Positions 8,245-17,823 of a stretch of 49,509 nucleotides of DNA are shown piece by piece. Both the position numbers and the translations under genes were made by a program. The notes under the pieces were generated by a model. The model was not told where the DNA came from and did not search any database. It saw only the letters and a program-made list of their open reading frames with translations. The stretch lies in contig JAACDL010000033.1 in NCBI GenBank assembly GCA_009936765.1, forward strand, positions 1 through 49,509. The letters are read 5' to 3'. Each line of letters starts with the position of its first letter. Position 1 is the stretch's first letter. Origin of the DNA: Methanobacteriota archaeon. GTDB taxonomy: Archaea; Thermoplasmatota; Poseidoniia; Poseidoniales; Poseidoniaceae.

Positions 8245-9993
8245 TTAGCGTCTCGAGCGCTTTATTTCATCCCAGATCTTATTTCCTTTACCCTCAACTT
8301 TAACCAAATGGCTTGGATCTGCCACAGGAGTAATATTTACTTCCATCAGAACACCTTCTCTCGCAATCGTCATGTTGGTAGCGACCCCGGTATTACCGTA
8401 TATTGCGGCTGATACTTCTTTAGAGGATTTAACTCTCAAACCCTCTATTGCTACGATTTCATCGCCAGTGTGGATTAGTTCTCTACAAGGAGAACCGGTA
8501 AGATGAGTTCTTACCTTTACAGAACCACTTGAATTGCTCAGATTAATTCCCAGCCATGCTCCACCCTTCTTCTTTTCAGGAACCATATTCAGTCCCAGTG
8601 ACTTCATTGCAGCTGTAGTATCTGGTGCTTGACGGCTACTTACTAGAGAATCTAGCATAACACCTAACCTTCGACCTCCAGGAAGGTTTACCAGTGTTCT
8701 CTTGATGTCGGCATGAGTTATTCCCGGATTACTAGATTCAAGTTTGAACTCATGATACAGGAGAGCCATCACGTCATCCATCCCAGATTCACCCTTTGAT
8801 CTCTTTCTTAATTCAACATCTAGGCAAAATATGGCCATTTCACCTTCTAGGTAATATGAAATTTGAACCTCTCTACTATACGAATTAGGTTTGTACAAGT
8901 GAATCCATGCATCATGGCTACTCTCTTGTAAGGATTCATGATTCATCCCATTTCGATCGTTATGTCTTTTCATCTTCCTAGTCCAATCTTTGTTCCAGTC
9001 ATCTTCTGTCCAAGCTCCACTTCTTAGGCAAAGAATGTCTCCCAGCCACGAAGTTAGTCCTTCAAACCACCATAGTAAATCGGTGTGAACCTCACGCTGC
9101 AAGTCATAATCAAGGAAGTTACGAGGACGAAGTTGCTTTACATTCCATTGATGCAAGAACTCGTGGCTAAATAATGAAACCAAATCCCTCCATTCCTCTT
9201 CATTACCTTCTTGCAAGCACTTGCGTGGCATCATTGAGGTCTGACTCCTAAGGTGCTCTAATCCACCACGTCCTGATTCGGTTAAGTGAATCACTGTCCA
9301 GTATTCTTTCCATTCTGGAACTCCGAACAATGCATAATGCTCTTCTGCAATTAATTTCATGGATTCTAACAGTCTATCAACTCCTTTTTCAGGGAATGGA
9401 AGGTTACCTGAATCCCATAATTTGAGGTACTGCGTACAACCTTGAACTTCGAATGAATACATAGAGTTCGCATTTGATTCCATAATTGCATCCAGAAGTT
9501 CATCTCTTCCTTCTGCGAACCATTCGCCCTCTTCTCCTTCTAATTGGATTGCAGTTTGCCAATCATCAGGCTTAGCAAGGGTGACTTTGTGAGTCCCATC
9601 CAATCTTTCGGAGTCAATACCTCTTGTAGGAAGCATCCAGGTATAAGGTGGCATAATATGAACATGAGTGCGATCAAGATGATTGGCACGACAGGTCATT
9701 TCGGCAGCTAATACTTTGTAAGTAACCACTACTTTACTTGCACCACTAACTCCCCTAATTCGTACACCATCGACATCAATCCTTTGAACATCAACATCAT
9801 TCCCATCGCATGTAGCTGAAAGGCTAGTCAAATGTTGCATAGGTTCTCTTATCAAGTAAGAACCAGGTATCCACCTCGGGAATCTAAGTTCGAGAATATT
9901 ACCCACAAATGGGCCTTTTATTTCGATAGATACGCCAAGTCTTCGACTGGCTCCATCTGTTGCATCGGCGTGAAAAATAAGACCTGATGTCAT
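8245..9993 (-). CDS. M61 glycyl-aminopeptidase-like metallopeptidase with C-terminal PDZ domain
   Basis: HEFLHQWNVKQLRP zinc motif with a downstream E-rich block. C-terminal PDZ-like segment (GDEIVAIEGLRV). Overall COG3975-like architecture. The start overlaps the upstream stop (ATGA at 9990-9993). Confidence 0.8.
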   Translation of the reverse strand: MTSGLIFHADATDGASRRLGVSIEIKGPFVGNILELRFPRWIPGSYLIREPMQHLTSLSATCDGNDVDVQRIDVDGVRIRGVSGASKVVVTYKVLAAEMTCRANHLDRTHVHIMPPYTWMLPTRGIDSERLDGTHKVTLAKPDDWQTAIQLEGEEGEWFAEGRDELLDAIMESNANSMYSFEVQGCTQYLKLWDSGNLPFPEKGVDRLLESMKLIAEEHYALFGVPEWKEYWTVIHLTESGRGGLEHLRSQTSMMPRKCLQEGNEEEWRDLVSLFSHEFLHQWNVKQLRPRNFLDYDLQREVHTDLLWWFEGLTSWLGDILCLRSGAWTEDDWNKDWTRKMKRHNDRNGMNHESLQESSHDAWIHLYKPNSYSREVQISYYLEGEMAIFCLDVELRKRSKGESGMDDVMALLYHEFKLESSNPGITHADIKRTLVNLPGGRRLGVMLDSLVSSRQAPDTTAAMKSLGLNMVPEKKKGGAWLGINLSNSSGSVKVRTHLTGSPCRELIHTGDEIVAIEGLRVKSSKEVSAAIYGNTGVATNMTIAREGVLMEVNITPVADPSHLVKVEGKGNKIWDEIKRSRR

Positions 9994-10949
9994 GAGTCCT
10001 CACCTCCCAACTCAGAGACGGAGGCTGATAGGTTGTTCGCTGCTAAGCGGACTAAAGTTGAACTGTCCTCGCTAACAACTGACAATTTATCATGGTCAAT
10101 ATCATTTCTTCCTTCCATTTGCTCAATCAATTTAGAACGTGTCCTGGAATTTAATTGGGCATTTTGAATCATAGACCATCTAAGAGATTCTGATTTTGAA
10201 TCATGACGAGAACGTAGCCATCTAACAATAATATCTGGACTGACCTCGGCGATTAGATTTATTCTATCATCAACCACTTCAACATCATTCCTCAATGTAT
10301 CTGCAATCGCTTTACGAACTTTAGGATTTGAATCCATACAAGCTCTTTCCAACATATCGCCACCTGTTTTTACTGCAAGAGATGCGATTAGTGAACGAAG
10401 AGAAGGATCGCTGGATGAAAGTCCGCGCTCAAGTGTTTCAGCCTCGAGGTGAAGTCCTTCTCTAGAGGCTGTAGATATTGCTGCTCTTCGTACTGAGGAA
10501 TGCAGGTCCTGAATTAAAGAAGAGATCAGTGCGACATCTATGGAGTTTTTAGCAGCCACAATTCTGATTGAATGGTGCGAATCATTAGCGAAAACCTCAT
10601 GTAAATTTTCTTCTAGTGCAAGACTATTTGCAGCAAATGATCTGGTTAAGTTATCTTGGCTTTCCAGTAATGTTTTCGCTATTTCTGGTGCATCAACCTT
10701 CTCTAATAGTTCGCCAGCAATGCGTTGATTACTCTCCATTAATGGTATCAAATCCTCAGAGTTTTGGGCCCATTTCCGATGTGCGTCCAATGATTTATTT
10801 CTAAACCAAGGATCTTTATCGTCAAGTAAGGAAACAAAACCCTTGAGGGCTCTGGGGTTATCATCTTCGAAAAGATGCCTAACCGCTCTCCTTCTGATTT
10901 TAACATCTTTATGTTTCAATCTAGCGATTTCAGTTTCCATACCTGCCAT
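9990..10949 (-). CDS. HEAT/PBS-lyase-like repeat protein
   Basis: Repeated ~30-aa helical units containing D..VR..A (KDVKIRRRAVRHL, DSHHSIRIVAA, DLHSSVRRAAI, DSNPKVRKAIA, DSSTLVRLAA). Confidence 0.55.
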   Translation of the reverse strand: MAGMETEIARLKHKDVKIRRRAVRHLFEDDNPRALKGFVSLLDDKDPWFRNKSLDAHRKWAQNSEDLIPLMESNQRIAGELLEKVDAPEIAKTLLESQDNLTRSFAANSLALEENLHEVFANDSHHSIRIVAAKNSIDVALISSLIQDLHSSVRRAAISTASREGLHLEAETLERGLSSSDPSLRSLIASLAVKTGGDMLERACMDSNPKVRKAIADTLRNDVEVVDDRINLIAEVSPDIIVRWLRSRHDSKSESLRWSMIQNAQLNSRTRSKLIEQMEGRNDIDHDKLSVVSEDSSTLVRLAANNLSASVSELGGEDS

Positions 10950-10958
10950 ATTATCACC

Positions 10959-11930
10959 TTATGGAATAAAGTCTGAATGACTATCATTCTCATCTGTATT
11001 ATCAGTATTATCTGATGACGCATATGAAGCAATCTCTGGCTCCATCATTGATTGAATCATTGGCCAGAGCTTAACAAACCACTCGCCTTTCTCCATGATT
11101 AGTTGCATCATTGGATGTTCAGAAGGGTCATCGAGTTCTTCCGGTGGGGGTAAATCATCAGGCAGTTGCCGTAATTCTGCAACTAAGTCGTATAATTTTG
11201 ACCTATCTTCTTGCTCGATAATCCCAACTTCACTCATTAGTTCAACTACCTGCTCAACAAGTTCTGCCATTTCTTCAGGTGAAGGGGTTGCAACAATTGT
11301 GTCCTCAATGTTTAACGGGCCGAAAATAACACTTCCCAAATCAGTTTCAAACAAATCATCGCCTTGTCTTTCTAACTTCAGTAGTCTTTGGGAATTTGTG
11401 GTGCCAATAGGTGCTATGGCAAACCCACCATCTTCGATATTATCAGATAACCAAACAGGCAAAGACAAAATTTGCCCAGTAACTAAAACTCGATTTAGTT
11501 CGGGTAATTCAACAATTGGATTTTCAGTCATCACATGGCATTCCACTGTAGGATAACCACGTAAATTGTTTGAAATGAAGTTTATCACTTCCTCTGAAGG
11601 ATCAAGAATTGTAACCTTTCCTTCTTCACCAATTATATGTGCAATTAAAGCGCTAATGTATCCGCCCTTGGCCCCATATACCACGATATGTTGCCCTTTT
11701 TCTAATTCCAAATTGTCTAACAAGGTTGCAATCATATGAGGTGCAGAAATTGTTTTTATTCCGCCAGATGGAGTTTCTAGGAATACAACAGGCCGGTCAT
11801 GGAAAAAACCTTCAGGATTATGATTTGTGAAATCTCCGATATTAATCTTCAACATAGCATTCTCTACATGCTTAGGAATCGGAACACCTGAGGCTCTCAA
11901 TTTCTTGATGAGCTCCATAGTTTCCCTCAT
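10959..11930 (-). CDS. Protein-L-isoaspartate O-methyltransferase (PIMT)-like protein with altered motif I and an acidic C-terminal extension
   Basis: TISAPHMIATLLDNLELEKGQHIVVYGAKGGYISALIAHII aligns with the PIMT block TVSAPHMVA..L......ILEVGTGSGW. G-x-G-x-G is replaced by G-A-K-G-G. About 110 extra acidic residues at the C-terminus. Confidence 0.65.
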   Translation of the reverse strand: MRETMELIKKLRASGVPIPKHVENAMLKINIGDFTNHNPEGFFHDRPVVFLETPSGGIKTISAPHMIATLLDNLELEKGQHIVVYGAKGGYISALIAHIIGEEGKVTILDPSEEVINFISNNLRGYPTVECHVMTENPIVELPELNRVLVTGQILSLPVWLSDNIEDGGFAIAPIGTTNSQRLLKLERQGDDLFETDLGSVIFGPLNIEDTIVATPSPEEMAELVEQVVELMSEVGIIEQEDRSKLYDLVAELRQLPDDLPPPEELDDPSEHPMMQLIMEKGEWFVKLWPMIQSMMEPEIASYASSDNTDNTDENDSHSDFIP

Positions 11931-11978
11931 GTCTTGACCTACTTGGCAGTTCCTTGTAAAGTTGCAGTATTATTGTAT

Positions 11979-12788
11979 TCAGTCATCTGCAGGCAAATCT
12001 TCGTCCTGCATATTTTTGTGAATGTTTTCTAGTAACAACTTGAATTGTTCATCTTCGCTATAATCAAGCATTTGACCATCGGAAACTACCATGTCCTTGA
12101 ACATCTCATACTCACTAGGTGTGACTTTTAGATTACTAAAAGACCCCATTAAATCATCCATTACAATACTCTCGATTCTCGATAGATGCTCGGCCAGAGT
12201 CGCTCTGGCTAGTTTCATTTCTTCAGCCATTTCCGATATCCTAACTTTCCTCTTAGGGTCATACCATCCTTTGTCGTATGCGAATTTGGCTAACTTGAGT
12301 TGCTTAGAGTTCAGAGGTCCTGAATCTATACTTGAGGTTATATCGAGGTTTCGAGCAGATATACGATCTGGTTTTGCCATTAGCCTAGCCATTGCTGCAA
12401 CAAGACGCAATCTGACATTCCCCCCGTGAAGCACATATGTCAAACCCTCAGAGTTTAGGCTGCAGCCAGGCGCTGCCGAAGTTCCTCCAGTCCGAGCATT
12501 AAAGTTTGAAATCGGATGAGATAACCTAAGGTTCAACACATAACTATCGCCTGAATCATCAGGAGAATGATGAATATCCAGCAACTCTAGAAAATAAAGT
12601 GAATTAAGATCCTCTGGAACTTTTCCTGGTTTGAAAGTTGTTTTCAATAATATCCTTACATCTCTCGGAGTACGTTTGATGTAAGAAAGGAATACTGCGC
12701 TGCTAACAATATCTAGCAATGGCTGGAGATCTGTGTCTTTCAAGCGGGGCCTTTTCCAGAATAGAGTTATCTCCCGCATAAACAGCAC
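11979..12788 (-). CDS. HTH_10 (bacterio-opsin activator-type) DNA-binding regulator
   Basis: The C-terminal LNSKQLKLAKFAYDKGWYDPKRKVRISEMAEEMKLARATLAEHLSRIES matches the HTH_10 pattern (L..Q...L..A...GY+..PR...+.ELA..LG+S..T..EHLR.AE). Confidence 0.75.
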   Translation of the reverse strand: MLFMREITLFWKRPRLKDTDLQPLLDIVSSAVFLSYIKRTPRDVRILLKTTFKPGKVPEDLNSLYFLELLDIHHSPDDSGDSYVLNLRLSHPISNFNARTGGTSAAPGCSLNSEGLTYVLHGGNVRLRLVAAMARLMAKPDRISARNLDITSSIDSGPLNSKQLKLAKFAYDKGWYDPKRKVRISEMAEEMKLARATLAEHLSRIESIVMDDLMGSFSNLKVTPSEYEMFKDMVVSDGQMLDYSEDEQFKLLLENIHKNMQDEDLPADD

Positions 12789-12818
12789 AAGACCGGTGTA
12801 GATTTTACATCTCCGGTA

Positions 12819-13508
12819 TTATCTACCTTGATTGGTGACAATCAGCATTCCCAAAACAGCCCCTGCAGTTGCTCCAATTAATACTAGCAATGGCTGGCCA
12901 GGAGCTACAGAGTAGAAACCCATAGAACCTGCAACCATAAGTGGTGGACAAAGCATCATCACTCTTGTTATGATTGTAGAACTGTCAATTTTGACATCAG
13001 GAACAATTGTCAGGGACTTTGTCCTGCGCTGTATTCTTGAAGAAGACACCTTTTCTTGTAATATCAACAATGTTCTATCTCGTAAATAAGGATCACTTGT
13101 CGAGAATCGGAAAGATAGTTTACATTTTTCAGTTATTTGTAATGCCTTTTCGATTATAATCAGAGGATTCGATGCATTCGTAAGAGAGATAGAAACTCCC
13201 ATTCCCTCGCCTCTAACATGAGATAATGTTCGCCATCCACCTACTCCTTCGTTAAATTCGTCAAGAATCTCACGAAGTTTCTTCACGTCTTGATCAGTAT
13301 TTGGAACTCCCCTTTTACGCCCCATTGCTAGTAAAGGCGTCAGAAACAGTGCACAAGTTACAATTGTTAGGCCCCACAAGAAAGCTGCTATTTTGAGTCC
13401 ATCATTACCTAAACTCATCGCTATTGCAACTGCCAACATGAAACCTGTGTATAGGCCCAGTACTACCGATGCAGAGAAGGCTCTCCTGAAACCAACCTTC
13501 TCCTCCAT
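12819..13508 (-). CDS. Hypothetical membrane protein
   Basis: Two N-terminal and two C-terminal TM segments flank a ~110-aa soluble region. No family recognised. Co-directional with the HTH_10 gene, 30 nt away. Confidence 0.45.
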   Translation of the reverse strand: MEEKVGFRRAFSASVVLGLYTGFMLAVAIAMSLGNDGLKIAAFLWGLTIVTCALFLTPLLAMGRKRGVPNTDQDVKKLREILDEFNEGVGGWRTLSHVRGEGMGVSISLTNASNPLIIIEKALQITEKCKLSFRFSTSDPYLRDRTLLILQEKVSSSRIQRRTKSLTIVPDVKIDSSTIITRVMMLCPPLMVAGSMGFYSVAPGQPLLVLIGATAGAVLGMLIVTNQGR

Positions 13509-13565
13509 ATCCCTGCCACTACAATACTAGGGAAAACATATCCGCTCAATGCTCTTGGGCCCATC

Positions 13566-14324
13566 ATGGAGCGCAACGGACTTGATAATCGCAATCGCGA
13601 AAGAAAGGTCGGTAATTGGGTTGGAGGAATTTCTTCATTCCTCTTGATATCATTTTTCTTAGTTCCAGCATACTTACCAGCAGATAGCGTCCCTGAATTG
13701 TCAGGTCGGGCAAATGCATTCGACTACTATTCTGAAGACTCATGGGGCAATATACAAAGTGATAATTCGAAAGAAGTGGGCCATAATCAAAGCGAACACG
13801 GAATATTCGCATGGGGAGATTTAGACCCGTATGCTGCTTTCGTCTATGGTTTTGGAGACTTAAATTGCCATAACAAAGCAGAACGTTCATGGGAAATAAA
13901 TGGCAACCAAATGCCGGTATGTGTCAGAGATGTTGGGATATTCTTAGGACTCGCAATAGGTGGATTCTTATTCTCGAGAAGAGGTTTGAATCGGTGGACA
14001 ATTAGGGATTCATTCCTTTCACTATGCCCGGACAGTTACATGCAGAGTGTTTACAAAAACAATCGACGCATGTTAGCCATGCTAGCAATTGCAGGACTTT
14101 TCGTGTTACCTATGGCATTGGATGGTTTTTCTCAGTTGCTTTTTGCTTCATACGAATCTAATGCAATGCTGCGACTGGCTACCGGGACACCATTTGGTAT
14201 ATTCTTAGGCGCATTCATCGCAGCTTCATTTTCAGCAAGGCCGGCATTGTTCTCACTAGACCCTACAAGAGTAATTCTTCCATCTGGCAGCCGTTTCCAG
14301 ATACCAGTAGATGAAGAAGAGTGA
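13566..14324 (+). CDS. DUF2085-family membrane protein
   Basis: GDLNCHNKAERSW...MPVCVRDVGIFLG resembles the DUF2085 signature (CHQ..eRSF ... P.CaRC.GIY.G), followed by several TM segments. Confidence 0.6.
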   Translation: MERNGLDNRNRERKVGNWVGGISSFLLISFFLVPAYLPADSVPELSGRANAFDYYSEDSWGNIQSDNSKEVGHNQSEHGIFAWGDLDPYAAFVYGFGDLNCHNKAERSWEINGNQMPVCVRDVGIFLGLAIGGFLFSRRGLNRWTIRDSFLSLCPDSYMQSVYKNNRRMLAMLAIAGLFVLPMALDGFSQLLFASYESNAMLRLATGTPFGIFLGAFIAASFSARPALFSLDPTRVILPSGSRFQIPVDEEE

Positions 14325-15677
14325 TTACTTGGGAGGCTCAGTAGCCCACCAAATCAATAACTCTTCGTCGCTAGAAGGGACAGGGCATTCTGCATGGCCG
14401 CTAGAAATCAAGTGTAATCTTTCGAATACATTCTTTACAGCACGACGAATTTGCAATGGGACTTTCCTGTCCTCATTTTCGATAATTATTTGCTCTAGAG
14501 CATGCTTCCAATCTGTATCTGGATTAGATCTCCTCCAACTAGCAAGTGCTGACCTCAAAGGCCACATTGCCAAACACAAACGCCCATAGCCAAGTCTGCT
14601 TTTACGTAATTTGAACATCTGTGCTTCTGCAAAAGGCACATGGCTCTGCTGGCGGTGTATCCACCTTTCCTGCTCCAGCCACTTAACCAACCGCTGAGTA
14701 TGCCTTTTAGTAACTGAACGCACCGGACCTAACTGCCTGTGTAAAGTGGGAACATCAGTGGTATCAGTAAGGGACAATGTGCCCAATATAGCCCAAGAGG
14801 AATGTGCGATTGGACGTGCAGGGACATCACTTGACTTGGCCTTTTTCTCATCCCATTCATCCTCTGCAAGATTCATCCACTGAGAAGGAGACATCCCATC
14901 CAACCAGTCCTCAAGCAATGAGATATGTTGTGAAGGAGCTCCCGGTAGTCTTTGTTGAGTTTGGACCCCTGTTGTCAAACTCTTGAGAAGATGCCTGTCC
15001 ACTTCATCACGGCTTACGTTTAGTGGTTCAGGCCTACGATTGAAAAACGTGCTAAGTACCTGTGATAGTTGTTTTTCTAAATCATCTAAACCGCTCTCAT
15101 TCAATACCGGCCCCATAACAGTACAGCGGCTAAAAGGTGGAGGAGTCTCTATCTCGCCCGATAATATACCCTTGAAACCGGCACGGATTCGCGTTTGTAT
15201 TTCAGTGGTTTCGAAGTATTCATGTTTTTGTCCAGCCATTCGAAGAGTGCCTGAATTTATCCTTTTCATCGCCTTTTTAGGGTCGCAGTCAATCCATATT
15301 ACCAAATCAGGAATCATAGCCGCTGCATTCATTTTTGCAACCTGGGACAAACCTAATTCCCCAACTACACCTTGGTAAACTAGACTTGAATGGATATTAC
15401 GGTCGGAAATTATCAGGTCACCTTTCAATAATCTTGGTCTTATCCAAGTATGCGAATGATCGACTCTATCTGCAGCAAATAATCCAGCCTCTTCAAGGGG
15501 AGTGTAACCTCCCTTACTTACTGCATTAAGCGCTAATTTACCCAATTCACTATGCCTTCTAGGTTCGTGAGTAATATGCACATTTGGGAAGGCCATTCGA
15601 TTGGCTAAATTCCCCAATATCCTAACGGCTTCACCTTTACCCGAACCATCGCCACCTTCGACGGTAATGAGGTACAT
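14325..15677 (-). CDS. Thymidylate kinase-like domain fused to a ~240-aa C-terminal region of unknown function
   Basis: N-terminal ~210 aa: P-loop ITVEGGDGSGKGE, THEPR, FAADRVDH, ISDRNIHSSLVYQG and a LID-like RMAGQKHEYFE. The remaining ~240 aa have no motif I recognise. Confidence 0.7.
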   Translation of the reverse strand: MYLITVEGGDGSGKGEAVRILGNLANRMAFPNVHITHEPRRHSELGKLALNAVSKGGYTPLEEAGLFAADRVDHSHTWIRPRLLKGDLIISDRNIHSSLVYQGVVGELGLSQVAKMNAAAMIPDLVIWIDCDPKKAMKRINSGTLRMAGQKHEYFETTEIQTRIRAGFKGILSGEIETPPPFSRCTVMGPVLNESGLDDLEKQLSQVLSTFFNRRPEPLNVSRDEVDRHLLKSLTTGVQTQQRLPGAPSQHISLLEDWLDGMSPSQWMNLAEDEWDEKKAKSSDVPARPIAHSSWAILGTLSLTDTTDVPTLHRQLGPVRSVTKRHTQRLVKWLEQERWIHRQQSHVPFAEAQMFKLRKSRLGYGRLCLAMWPLRSALASWRRSNPDTDWKHALEQIIIENEDRKVPLQIRRAVKNVFERLHLISSGHAECPVPSSDEELLIWWATEPPK

Positions 15678-15679
15678 TG

Positions 15680-16558
15680 TCAGAATACCTCCAGTCCTTT
15701 CTGGTCTTCGAACTCGTCTCTATTGAGCATTAGTAGTACCATGCTTAGGAGAATCAAAGCTGGACCGAATATTATCAGGCCTCTGCTGAAAAGCGCTATC
15801 CAACAGAATGCTTGTGTCCTTCTGTAACGCTTTTTCCTCTTAATTTCAAAGGATGCATGAACGCCAACAAGAGCGCATCCAATCGTGAATAGGCCTTCGA
15901 ATGTCGCCAATGCAACCGCATTTTCTAAAGACCAACCCTCAGTTTCTGAACGCTCATCTTTGAACCTTTCACCATCCCCTTCAACCATAGTTATAGGCGA
16001 TATGCCAATCGGTTCTGGGGTGAAATACAGTATCACTGTGGTGTAATTCTCCTTTGAAACATGTAATTCGTAGTCTTTCACAGAAACTGCATCGATTACG
16101 TATCTACCGTTGGAATCAGAAAAACTGCTTTTGATTGTTGAACCGGTATCTCCATCAACGAGTTCAATGGATACTAATTCTACAGGATTTCCATCTTGGT
16201 CTAGAACCATACCGTGTAAATCAAGGGCGTCGTTCGTATTGAATATTGATGAGTTCAGTAATCCAGAAGGGTTACCTTGCAAAATTAGAGTTCCCGACAG
16301 AATTCCCATTATTGCCCCAATCATTACCAAGGCTGCTGCAATTTTCCTTCTGCGGTCCCCATCTGAAGGAAGATAGTCTTCCAAATCTAGGAATTCGGAT
16401 TCTTCTTTTTGAGGAACCTGCACAACAATTTCTTGATCTTCCTTGCGTTCTCTTCTGCGAGAAGCGATTCGAGAATTAACCAACTTTGATTGCACCCTCT
16501 GGCGCAATGCTGCAAGCCGGTTATCTTTGTCATCGCTGATATTTACTCCCCCGGACAA
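15680..16558 (-). CDS. Membrane protein with carboxypeptidase-regulatory-like (CarboxypepD_reg) beta-sandwich domain
   Basis: One TM, then LHGMVLDQDGNPVELVSIELVD...TIKSSFSDSNGRYVIDAVSVKDYELHVSKENYTT (typical of the domain), then C-terminal TM segments. Sits 2 nt upstream of the Tmk-like gene. Confidence 0.5.
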   Translation of the reverse strand: MSGGVNISDDKDNRLAALRQRVQSKLVNSRIASRRRERKEDQEIVVQVPQKEESEFLDLEDYLPSDGDRRRKIAAALVMIGAIMGILSGTLILQGNPSGLLNSSIFNTNDALDLHGMVLDQDGNPVELVSIELVDGDTGSTIKSSFSDSNGRYVIDAVSVKDYELHVSKENYTTVILYFTPEPIGISPITMVEGDGERFKDERSETEGWSLENAVALATFEGLFTIGCALVGVHASFEIKRKKRYRRTQAFCWIALFSRGLIIFGPALILLSMVLLMLNRDEFEDQKGLEVF

Positions 16559-16582
16559 GTTAGCGGAGGTCGTGCGCGTATT

Positions 16583-17746
16583 TCACCCCTCCCCTCGGTT
16601 ATCCGCGAAAATTAGCCACACTAGATTACCCCAAACGAGCAAAATGCATACTACAAGAAGTATTCCAATAACCATTTCACTATCGTCTTGACTTTCTTCT
16701 AATTCCTCATTTTCTTCGACTAATTCTGGTTCAAAATCAATTTCTTCTATCTCGCCATCATCAATCACCCTGACATTAGACCAAGAGCCTGTTAGCAGAC
16801 CAGACTCTAGGATGAATCCGATTTTGCCCAAAGACTCTGCACTTACTTTGTCAGCAGTGTCATTGTGAGTGTGCCAATGGCCACCTAAATATGATGCATT
16901 CTCTCCATATCTAGTGTCGATTATGTCAATTGCTGGGATACCTAGCTCATGCGCAGGCACATGATCATCGTATATCCCGTCTGTTCGTTCGAAATCGAAA
17001 TAATTTGAAGGACCTAATTCGCAGACTTCATCCAAAAATAGTATTTTTTCTTCAGTTCTATCCCATAGACTAGAATTACCAGGATAAGTTTTTCCAATTG
17101 TCAAATCTGAGTCGCCAATCATATCGACCAAAATGAAAGATTCTATTGAATCCGCTTCCTCTTGAGTTAAATTTTCACCCCAAGCCTTGGCTCCTAAAAT
17201 CCATCCAGCTTGACTGTTGTAATCTCCTTGGTCTTCACCATCTGTGAAGAATAAGGTCACTTCATGGGACAAATTCATTGACGGGATGTGCCTTGCTAAT
17301 TCAATTAGTACCGCCACACCACTCGCACCATCATTTGCACCATCGATTGGCTCATCATGGCGGCTCTCATTCCAATCTTTATCGCCGGCAGACCTGGAAT
17401 CATAATGAGCAGCGAACATTACAGTAGAGCCGGCTCCTTTGTTCCATGTTGCATACAAATTGGTCAAGACCATTCCGTTAACATGATGAGTGGATTCGGT
17501 AATGTGCCAACCTGTAAGATTGGATTTAATCGATTCACGTAATTCAGAACTTGCTGCTGAACCGGGGATTCTAGGGCCCAAAGATGTCTGGAAGCCTACT
17601 GATTCATTTGCCAGATTGCCATCAAAGGATAGTTGGCAACCTAAAGGCGCTTCAGTGCCTTCTTGAGCTCCAGAAATTGACAACGTTGGAGCAATTACAA
17701 GAAGTGCCAAAACTAGCGCAATTCCCATTCGCATTGATGATGCCAC
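16583..17746 (-). CDS. M28-family aminopeptidase, secreted and C-terminally anchored
   Basis: Signal peptide. FAAHYDSRS, DGANDGASGVAVLIELARHI and TLFFTDGEDQG zinc-ligand blocks. Acidic linker and a C-terminal TM. Confidence 0.8.
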   Translation of the reverse strand: MASSMRMGIALVLALLVIAPTLSISGAQEGTEAPLGCQLSFDGNLANESVGFQTSLGPRIPGSAASSELRESIKSNLTGWHITESTHHVNGMVLTNLYATWNKGAGSTVMFAAHYDSRSAGDKDWNESRHDEPIDGANDGASGVAVLIELARHIPSMNLSHEVTLFFTDGEDQGDYNSQAGWILGAKAWGENLTQEEADSIESFILVDMIGDSDLTIGKTYPGNSSLWDRTEEKILFLDEVCELGPSNYFDFERTDGIYDDHVPAHELGIPAIDIIDTRYGENASYLGGHWHTHNDTADKVSAESLGKIGFILESGLLTGSWSNVRVIDDGEIEEIDFEPELVEENEELEESQDDSEMVIGILLVVCILLVWGNLVWLIFADNRGEG

Positions 17747-17823
17747 ATTCGCCGACTATTAAATACCTCATTTGAACTCGGTTATTTGTAATGCAGTGAT
17801 GCGTTTCCCTAAAGGTGTGTTAA

